64,000 bases of DNA from Klebsormidium nitens (lineage: Eukaryota; Plantae; Klebsormidiophyceae): contig DF237226.1 in the NCBI GenBank assembly GCA_000708835.1, forward strand, positions 49,956 through 113,955, in the 5' to 3' direction. Both the position numbers and the translations under genes were made by a program. This document shows positions 48,160 through 57,919 of this stretch, in pieces. The first letter of the stretch is position 1, and every line of letters starts with the position of its first letter. The notes beneath the pieces were generated by a model. It did not search any database. It was not told the DNA's origin and saw only the letters and a list, made by a program, of their open reading frames with translations.

Positions 48160-49445
48160 TGTCCGCTGGTCTTCAGCGTCCGGCGTCGCGTCGTAAACTG
48201 GATTGCTTTCTCGAAGCCGTTAGATCTGCCACGTGGCGTCATCGGACGGCTGGACGTTGACGAAGATCCTTGGACCCACAAGGTCTGGTTTGCACGTAAG
48301 ACGCCTTTATATAGCCGAATACAGCCCCACTCTGCAACGCCAGCTAGGCGTTCAGGGCTGCGGTCCCTGGGTTCTGACTTCCTTACCGGGCTGCGGTCCC
48401 GGTTTTCTGACTTCCCACCGGGCTGCGGTCCCGGTCCAGGCTGCGGTCCTGGGGAACACGCGCTACGGGTGATCAATTGACATCATTAGCGCATGATCCA
48501 AACAACGTTGCACCTTTTGCTGCCAATCACAGGTCTGCGAATGCTCGATCGCAGGCCAGTTAAAAGAAGAGGATACATATGTAAGACCGGTACGGGGACC
48601 GTGACGGGCATGTGGTGCTTCATTTTCCTGTAATGCAGACATGGGTCTGATTTTGTTCAACGTTTTTCCGGGAGGTGGATGCAACCTCCGTGGCACTTTC
48701 AACACTCAAACCTTCAAATTCAAGTGCATCAAGTCAACAAAGTTGGAAGTGTCGTTGGTTTCGTCGTCTTGACCTTCTGGATATGCTGACGTCCGATTGA
48801 TTACCCACATCATTCGTTGTCTTTGTTCAGAAAACGAAGGAAAGAAGAAACTTGGGTTTGTTTAAACCCGGAATTTACAGCTACTCATGCTGCCGGATTA
48901 AGCATGGCGCGGCGCCTTTGCTGACGCATGAAACACGAACGTGTTTGCTTTGCTTTACAAGCAAGTTTCACATTTCATCCCGAGCTTAAGATCTGTGGGT
49001 GAAAGTTGGTTTGAAGCGTTGGGGAAGGAAAGGTAGTTTGGAGGGATACATGAGTGAATGGTAGAAGCGAAGATGAGTGTTCTTATGTATGATCGAAGTT
49101 GGTTGGTGGTGTGAGTTCGGTGTAGATGGTTTGCGGCAGAGAAGGTGGTGGTTCCGGGGGAGCTCCGTGGAGCACCCCTGGACAGAGGTCCTGCCCCTGG
49201 GCCGGGGGGCGCCCCGGATCGATCCGCTGAAAGATGCGGGGCCGAAGCTCGCCGTATATATCTGCTGCTTGTATGACTTTGGTGTGGGCGAACCTGGTGA
49301 CTACCCGAGAAGGACGTTCCGACCGTCCACGCGCCACGTGTCCCTCATCGGACGGTACTTCGAAACGCTGGATGTCAACTCCGGACGCGACTGTCGCTAT
49401 GGGCCTCCGAAGCGCGTCCGAAGCACAGAAGAGCGATCGGCGCTC
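48160..49445. repeat. Dispersed ~1.3-kb element, copy 1 (possible non-autonomous mobile element or duplicated non-coding transcription unit)
   Basis: Colinear homology with 54880-56160 along its length, with near-identical blocks at 48417-48475 and 49143-49234. Confidence 0.85.
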
Positions 49446-52003
49446 CCCACGCGGCATGAGCGGACGAGACTAATATCTCTATACTGACCTTCCCGGTATA
49501 AACAACGTTTTGGCAGCATCCGGCCGGGCTCCAGACTCGATCAAAGCAGCCCAAGTTTGACTTTGTGGCATCTGTGCCCTAGGATATGTTGGTCTGGCGT
49601 ACTTCTTTTTGAAGCCTCGGTGAAAGCGGAAGAGGTGAACGCCGTACGATTTCAACCAGCAGACGTTCTCTATAAGACCGATGCAAAGGCGCTACGGGTT
49701 CAAGGTGGCCTCTTAACACTGTGCTCTAGCTAACGAGGGCTAGCCTTCTTCCTTTAGGGGCTCAGAATTGCATCTTGGTTGGAGCGGTGCAATGGGCGCC
49801 ACGTGGCCAGGTTTTCATGCTGCCTGGTCGTGACCGTCGGCAGCCTGGGAGAATTTACAAGATGCTGCGTCCTTGTATCCAAAGGACTATCGATCCGCAG
49901 CTGGAAAACCTTGCACTTTTTCTCCGCAGGTAATCGTGAAGCCGCGTTCTAAAGATTCTGCGACGGGCCTAGAAAAGATGCGAGATGGCTCCCCTCTGTT
50001 TGCTCTCAATCGGATCGGATCGGTTCAATCCTCAAAGTAGACGATTAGACAGGCCTGTATCCTGCAGCAGTCGATCCAGAGACTTCCCGGAGCACTGTAG
50101 ATGGAGGGGCAGACTCATATCACAGAGCTAGGTCAAAAAGGCGACCATGTGAGATTCGGAGCAGTCGTGACTGATCATTACATTTACATTCGCGTGGCAT
50201 CCCCCACCATATCACGGCCTCTTCTCTCGTCCTTTCTCTTTCTCTGCACCGCTATACGCACAGACTTTCCTGCTCTATAAGCCGTCAATCTTGTCTAAAC
50301 ATGGAAGACCTAGTGAAGGGATAAAATCTGAGCCTAACCAACCTTCTGACAGCGCCCTTTTACTCGTGCCGTTTTTGAGTGCGCCTCGAAACGTCTGCTT
50401 TGATCTTCTTGACTGGGGAGGGTTCGACCGCTCCTAAGCCTTGATCTCTTCGCCGGTTCGATTGCCTCCCTGAGTCGCTAGTGCTCAGTGCGCCATTCTA
50501 GGGAGGTTTGTAAGGGGCTTCGCCGTTCGGAAGGGTCCATTTGTTTCCTTGAAAACATTTCTGCCGACACAAGAAATATGGTTGGCTTATTCAGATATTT
50601 TCAGAAGTAAACTAGCTGCCACGCGGGCCGACGGGTTTGGACCGTTTCATTAGCAGAACAAGTGAAGACGCAAGCGATCAGGAGGATCTAGAAGTAGCTG
50701 TCAGATGACTGACGAAAAGCGCCGCTTTGCTCAGGCACCTTAGAAGCGCCCGGCCGCCCTCCCTCTTCCTTAACCAAGGAAGCGCTCTACCACTGGGCTC
50801 TTTTTTCACTCATTTTTGGACGCGACGTAGCAAACAAGCTTCAGAGACTTTTCGATTTCCAAACCGAAAGGTCGTAGAAGAGGACGAGAGCCAGTGCTGG
50901 CGAGACGTGTCGACGAGATCTTTCACCACGTGTGCCTGACAACCCACAGTCTCCTGTGTCGGATCCATTAAACGGCTTCGTCAAACCGTCCTTCATCCAT
51001 TCCTGACAAGATCCAACCAGCGAGTAGAGCACTTGTACTCCTTCTTTCGATCGAAGTTAAGGTCCTGTTGATTCGAACTATCTTCGAAGATGCTTTTGAC
51101 CCTCAGAATCTTGTAAAGGAACAAACCCCAACGCCCAGGTCGACCAAGCATCGGAGCAGCACAGAAGTTATAATTTCATTAGGCAACTGCCGTTTGGTAG
51201 CCCATTCAATGTGCAAAAAATCTTGCAAAGATCGCCGCTCTCAGTGTGAGAGGTGAAATCAGAGTTCGGGAATGGTCGTAAACAGCATTTAGATTGCACT
51301 GCGAGGACACAACATATGTATGAGGAATGGTGCCAATCAGATCTTCGAGGATGAAAGTGAGTCACGATAAAACTGTTTGATCGCCGAGCCATTTCTTCAG
51401 CCCGGCCGCCGCCAAGGTAAGCGTTAAGATCAGGACCCACCGGAAGGTCTCGACCTTCTTAGAGTCCAAGCTTCGACAACCAAACAATACTGCTGGAAGA
51501 CTGACTGCAGCTTCTGATCACTTGCTAACTTCACACTTTTCTGCCTGCATCACGTGTGGTTGAGTAAGCTCAACAACCACTTACGTGCATTATTTATGCC
51601 TAGCTGCGTTCCTTCGTCCTTAACGAAGATCGACACCCAATGCTACCAAGTGTATCTCAAGATCGGAGTAGTGCCGCCGGCTATATATGCCGTGGTACCT
51701 GGTGACTTCATTTATGGGAGGCCTCCGTCAATGAACATTACAGACATTCGGATGGGGCTATCCGACGTAAGCGGCTGCAGCTCGAGCCTATGATCCCCGC
51801 TTGTAGACCGCCGTAAAAGGCTGCAAGCAGAAGAATAACAGAGTCATATTACCTTTAACGATATTTTTGAGCTTATAGCTATGTTGGGCGAAGTTTGGCA
51901 AGGACTCCAGTACAAATTGGCTTTCCCGTAGAAGCAAATCGAAGCTGTGACTCCGAGTCGGTAACACCTGTTGAGGAGCCAAGCGAAGAGGTGCATTTGG
52001 ACA

Positions 52004-53222
52004 CTAAGGCGACGTGCAGCAGAGAATTTTGGTAACAAAAAGCTCTTCACATTCTTTCAAAAGCCGGGCGTTGTACTGCACGTTTACCACCGACGAAACC
52101 CACCCTTCGCTTGAAAGCTGGCTGTTGAACACGAGGTCGACCCGAGTTAAGCCAGGCAAGCTTGTCATGAAGGCAGCAACTCCGGCATCGGTTATGACGT
52201 CCTCGTGCATGATGAGAACTTTCTTCAGCAAAGGGCATCGGACCGCAAAGCTCCGCAGGGTGACGTCAGTGATCCGGCATCCCTCCACAGTAATAGTTTC
52301 CAGGCCGCCGTGTGCAGTGAAGCTCTCGATCCCAGCAGATAAATCTGGACCGTTCTTGACATTCCTAACATTGAGTTGCAGTAACGATGGGCATGCGGCC
52401 GCCGCTGCCTCGAGCCCCGCGTTTGTCAGCCCACCGCAAAACTCCAGCGTCAGTCCTTGTAGCAGCTTACATCCAACGCCCTCGAACGCAGACCCACTCA
52501 ACTCCCCGCAGTTCCTTAATTCTAGACTTGACAACATTGGGCATCCTCGTAAGACTGAGGCAAGTCCTGCGTCTGAGACATGGGTGCAATCTACCAGCTT
52601 CAAATGGAGCAAACGGCGACAGCTGGGCACCAGCAACCCCAACGGCTGGTCGCCGAGAACGGTAGAGGGGTCCGGACGTGCCCCCCTTGGACAAAGGCCA
52701 CAGAACAATCTAGGCCCGCCTCTGTCTACTTCCGGCCTAGCATCCCTGATTTGAACCCCCTGGAGGTCGGGGAAGCGAGAGAGGAACCGGGGGAGGTCAG
52801 CAACTTGCGGCGCTCCCCGTAGAGTTAAAGTCTTCTTGGCATAGTTGGCCGCTGCGAGCCAATCACGGCACACCAAAGAGCAAGCCCGGAGGGCCTCGCT
52901 CGGGGTATACCAAACGTCGAGGGATTCCGGCTTGCGTTTCTCGCGCAGTTGCCACATGATGTGAATGAGACACTGCGTGTCAAGATCTTGAATTGTGGTA
53001 CCTTGTCCCTTGGTGAAATTATATATCAGTTTTGTCCGCTCCTGCCTCCCCGTCTGAAAGCCTTGGCCCCTCCATAACTATCGTTTGCTCCTGTTCTTGT
53101 CGACAGCCCACCTCACAGTACAAGGCTGCTTTGGGGTCCTCCATGGCCCCCATTTCAGCGCCACCGCACAAGCTTCGTGTCAACGCAAAACTCTTTCTCC
53201 TGAATCTCGTCAGGAAACCCAT
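52004..53222 (-). CDS. F-box/LRR-repeat protein (FBXL/RNI-like)
   Basis: F-box-like IQDLDTQCLIHIMWQL...LRACSLVCRDWLAA followed by Cys-containing LRRs (LKLVDCTHVSDAGLASV, LTLEFCGGLTNAGL, ITVEGCRITDVTL). The main exon is 52004-53008 (acceptor ttcaccaag|GGA). A probable first exon is 53112-53222 (or from ATG 53144) with donor GAG|GTGGGC in phase 0. Confidence 0.85.
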
Positions 53223-54879
53223 TTTGTTGAAGGTGTCGGTTTGCCTATTGATTGCGCCAGAGAAGTGCAGAACGGAATTGCCGAAACGGCAACTCGGCGA
53301 GGCCTCTGGAAGACCAGGCGCCAGAACGAGGATTCGAGACTGAAAGTGTGCAAGTTGGGATGCTTTGTAGAAAGAGCGGGACCTGGCTGAGAGGTACGTG
53401 ACCATTGCACGTGGTTGTCATGTTCCTCAAAACGGAGTGGGTATGATCTAGGCGAAGCCGTATGACAAGACGCGTTCGCAACCCGTCATCCTTGCGGGGC
53501 AGCGAGTCGGTACGAATCGTTCCATTTAATCACATGAGAAACTCTCGCGATTTACTAGAACGGTCTTGTCATACGATCATGAAATGGGAGCCACCCATTC
53601 TTTCGGGCTTGCCTAAAATATGTGACCTGCTCTTTCCATCAAGTGGTAATTTCTATGTATGATACGACCATATGAGATGCTCAGCTTCGGTGCGGAGCAT
53701 CCGCAACTGCAGCTTTTGTTGGGCAGAAATATCAACGCAATCGATCCCTCTTAAGTCGAGTCAGCAAGCTATGCTTCATATTCTTCGTCGACGGTCTTGC
53801 TGACAATGAAGCGTACCGATTCCCGGCCGTACCCTTTCAACGTGCCTCTTCAGAAGAGTCGAAGGATTCTTATCGGAACCTCAATCCCGCATCCTATGCA
53901 TATTACCTCATTCGGGCCAGTTGCATAGACTTAGGTGCGTAAGCACGGCGGGCTCCGTTCATTTGTAATCCCGCAGAGGCACGGAGATTGAATTTTACAG
54001 CCCCAGCGGCCAGAATAATGGTCTTCGGTGACATCTGTCTGCTTGCAGGGCCATCTCGCAAAATGAAATCTGCTTCATGTTTAATTTCAAAGCGTTGCTA
54101 TGGAAGTCGTGCCAAGCCCTGACAGCTGTCATTCTAAGAAAGCTGACACCTTGTCAGCACCTCTTGGATTTGGGTACTTGGATTATGCAATCAGTGGTTC
54201 TTTCCAATGCTTCTTTGATCACTCTGCTTCCAGAGTCTTGCGCTTCCAAGAACACTGTAATCTCCTTCCCCATGACATACTTCACCTGCCTGGCCATGAA
54301 AATTCCTTTTTCAGCGGTTAAATGTCTTTAGCGAAGCGTTTCCGCGGAGCCTTGCTGAGAGGTTTGTTCTCGGTTTGACACGCATCTTAACCGAGCTGGT
54401 TGGGCCGACGCGTAAAAGGATTGAAACCAAGACCTGCTCTGCTCTTTTCTGCCCAAATAACACGTACGGAGTTCCATTCTAGTTGCCTTACTAAACAACC
54501 AGCTGCACTCTTGTATTCCTGATGGAGCTGGTTTGCAACTCGAGACGTCAACTACTGCACCGCCAGGGCAGGCACGAAAATGCAGCCAGCGAAATGACAC
54601 AAACGCTCGATAAGAAGCGCGCACTACCTCTTGCTTGTGGAGTTTGACAGGTTACGCCGAGTGCAAGGTAATGCCAGGGAGACGTAAGACTCAAAACTCA
54701 AACATGGTTCATAAAACAGAGGGCTGAGCAAGCGGATGCATTTGAACTGCAGGGTTGTTCCGGGTCCTTTGTAATGAAGGCTCAAAAGACGCCGCCACAA
54801 AACATTCACAATGTTTCGGTCTTTGTGCGGTCTTGATCTCCGCTTCCGTACCGCTTCCCCCTTCCCAGGCTCGTCGCCA

Positions 54880-56160
54880 ACCGTCCGCTGTCGGCGTTTC
54901 AGTACGCCATCGTCGCGGCTTCGCGTCGCAGCCGACCGTCGCGATCTCGAGTGCGCTTCTGGGAGCCGTTGGATCTGACACGTGGCCTTATTGGACGGCT
55001 GGATGTGCATGTGCCAGGTTCTCTCGGCCCACAAAGTGCAAAATTCACGAAAGAAGCCTTTATATAGACAAATGTTGCCCCTCTTTGCAACGCCTGCTAG
55101 GCGTTCAGGGCTGCGGTCCCTGCAGGGCTGCGGTCCCTGTTTTCTATTTCCTTACCGGGCTGCGGTCCCGGTCCAGGCTGCGGTCCTGGGGAACACGCGC
55201 TACGGGTGATCACACATGACATCATTAGCGCATGTTCCAACAAACGTTGCACCTTTTGTTGCTGATGTGATCGCGCAAAGCTGTTGCTTGCAGGACATAA
55301 ATTGAACTGCAGCCCTCGTAAGAGCTCTGCACATGCCTCGAATTAGCAGCGTATGGTGCTTCATTTTCTGTAATGCAGACATGGGTCTCAATTTTGTTAA
55401 ACGTTCTCTTGTAAGGAGTTTGAAAGCCTCCGTGGCACTTTGTTCCTCACTCAAACATCATATTTAAGTTCACCAAGTTGGTGAAAGTTGGAGGTGTCGT
55501 TGGTTTTGTCGTCTTGACCTTCTGGTAATCCTGACGACCCATTCATTCATTCCACATGATTTGGTTGTCTTTGTTCAAGATCGAAGGAAGAAACTTGTTT
55601 CATTCAGAAGCCGGAACCTACAGCTACACATGCTACCAGATTATGTAAGGCACGGCTTGGCTGACACATGAAACATGAGAGTGTTTGTTTTCAGAATTCA
55701 TTCTGACCTTTAGATGTGTGGGTGAAAGTTGTTATGAGGCTTTGGGTACTGCGACAGGATGGCTGTGGAGAGGAATACGTGAATCCTGAAAGTGGAAACG
55801 AGTGTGGTTTGGAGGTGTGATTCTGGTGAAAGATGGTTTGGGAATGAGAGGTGGTGGTTCCGGGGGAGCTCCGTGGAGCACCCCTGGACAGAGGTCCTGC
55901 CCCTGTGCCGGGGGGCGCCCCGGATCGATCCGCTGAAAGACGTGGGGCAGAAAGCTGACCTCATATATCCGTTGCTTGACTGAATTTACTGTGGGCGAAC
56001 CTGGTGACTATTTGGGAAGAACGTTACGACCGTCCGTGGAACACGTGGCTTTCATCGGACGGCTCGAGACCGCTGGATGTCGGAACCGGACGCGTACGCG
56101 GTCAGTCGGCGGCCCTTTCCGGACGAAGCGCGTCCGAAGCATGGGAAAAGCAGGCGGCGC
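54880..56160. repeat. Dispersed ~1.3-kb element, copy 2 (direct repeat of copy 1)
   Basis: Same order of motifs as 48160-49445: agccgtt.gatct / cacgtggc / (a)tcggacggct box, tttatata, hairpin array, catcattagcgcatg, gtaatgcagacatgggtct, gtcgtcttgaccttctgg, 92-nt palindromic block, cgaagcgcgtccgaagca. Confidence 0.85.
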
Positions 56161-57409
56161 TTCTAAAGCACGTGAGAACGATTCTCAAGTCGTGCTTAAA
56201 AATCTTTCTCAACCTGTGAAACAAACCCAGGAGCAGCCTTTTGCTCTTCTCGTGGCATATGCGCTTCAGGGTACAGATGCCTTGCGGTCTGATAAGCAGT
56301 AAAACCATATTTCTGATGATATCATTGGGAAGAGGACTATTGGTCTTGACGATGGCTTCGACTCCGCTAACTCTGAAGTTAGAAGTTTTCTTCTGAACGA
56401 GCGGTCTTAGTGATAACAGTCAAGCCGCATGACCATGAAAATTACATACATCTGAATGAACGAAGTTCAACTCTCACAGCGCGCAAGGGGGACAATCGAC
56501 CCGGCTGGTGACGTCATACTTCTCATCGTCTCATTGCAGAAAGGCCTTCCTCCGAACTGCAGATCAGGCGCTGTTCCTGAGCTTCTTGTAATGGAAAACG
56601 AGCACCATTTCGGCACATATCTGCTTTTCGTTGTAAAAGACCTGACGCCCTGCCCAGGTAATATTGCCCATCAAGGTCGACTTGGTTCTCCCGTTCACGA
56701 CATTCCAACCCTTGCTTTTCGCGAATCGACCAGAAGCGAAAACGTGCGGATGGCTTACCCGCAGGTTCATTCGCCTATGAATTTGACCGATCGCCCAGGG
56801 TTTCTTTTTGGGTGATATAAAGGTTTCGTTTGTCAGGTGGCTTCTACTTTGGTGGCGCTAGAAAGCTTCCCGAAATTGTCCTCGGAAGGAAGACCGCATC
56901 ATCTTGCACCGCTCACACCGTTCGGAAGGCCCCAAATTCGTTCCTTTAAGCGTGCCCCCCAACGTAAACTGCCCTCGCGGCTTTGCTTTCCCCAAGTTCA
57001 AATCTTCCCTCCGTCCAACTCCCTCATGATCGGCGTTGACTGATGAGCAGATCTGTTGTCAAACTGCTATTACTTTCCTTTCCAACTTCCTGTCTGGCTC
57101 TAAAGTGCCCAGAAGAGAGCCAGTACATTCGCTGCCAGAGCTGAATCGACGGAAAGCCTCGTCGGCAGCACCAGATCAGAAACAGCGTCAAAAGTCGCAA
57201 ATTTGTCTCGACCATTTCCAACGATGGTGTTTCGACGGCCACAGGTTTCAGATTTCCGCACCCCTGACCGCAAGCTAGAGCGAACTCCTTCGACCCACGT
57301 GACCCTTTGGCAAAAGGCAAAACGGTGCAGATCCATCGTGCCGCCAACTCAGCTGTGCTTTGTATTCAACCGTGTCGCAAAGTTGTACTTCGTTGCTAAC
57401 ACGTGGCTG

Positions 57410-57480
57410 ACCTCGTTGCTGACCCCGTTGCCAACCTCGTGTCCAACCTCGTTGCTAATCTCGGCGCTATCCTCGACGGT
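57410..57480. repeat. 12-bp minisatellite (~6 degenerate units)
   Basis: gctgacctcgtt gctgaccccgtt gccaacctcgtg tccaacctcgtt gctaatctcggc gctatcctcgac. Confidence 0.8.
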
Positions 57481-57822
57481 ATGACGTGCGGCCGCCCTGT
57501 CTAGGTTGTACCGCAGCGCTCAGCGCTCCACCACTGCTGCCCAACAGGGCAATTAGAAGGCTGCTCCTAGACCGAGTGTCAACGGCGGAGCCTGTGAAAA
57601 TGTCGAGCAATCTAAGAAGTCAGCTTGTACGTCGCTTGACAAGTGAGGACCAATCTGAGTGTTGGTCTGCTTCGTACATGGACTTGACTACACCGCGATC
57701 GAACCATACAAAACGCTTCCAGACCGTTCATATCTTCCCATTCCAGAGACAGCTCTGTTTTTGAAGCTCCAAGCCCGCTTCTCGACATCCATCGCAGAAA
57801 CACCTGCTTATCTGCTGAGAGT

Positions 57823-57919
57823 ATGGCGCCAATCAAACTTTGTTTGGTTGCGGCAGCTGCTGGAATCCTCGCCGTCCTGCTGATGGGGTCGACGCTTGGT
57901 CTCGTCGCGGCTCAGACGG
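57823..57919 (+). CDS. Possible first exon of a secreted protein (signal peptide only)
   Basis: ATG GCG CCA ATC AAA...: MAPIKLCLVAAAAGILAVLLMGSTLGLVAAQT followed by a strong donor G|GTGAGC. No convincing downstream exon was identified. Confidence 0.45.

Noticed and set aside
48120-48180. Hammerhead ribozyme (CTGAAGA on the minus strand at about 48170-48176)
   Set aside because: No properly placed GAAA core or stems were found, and the motif is not conserved in repeat copy 2.
49077-49487. Protein-coding explanation for the conserved 92-nt block (RWWFRGSSVEHPWTEVLPL...)
   Set aside because: In copy 2 the frame is interrupted by a stop/frameshift at about 55980, and identity is at the nucleotide level at all codon positions.
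54077-54331. LRR-like fragment (LWKSCQALTAVILRKL...SLITLLPES)
   Set aside because: It is too short and irregular to support an LRR call without a profile search.
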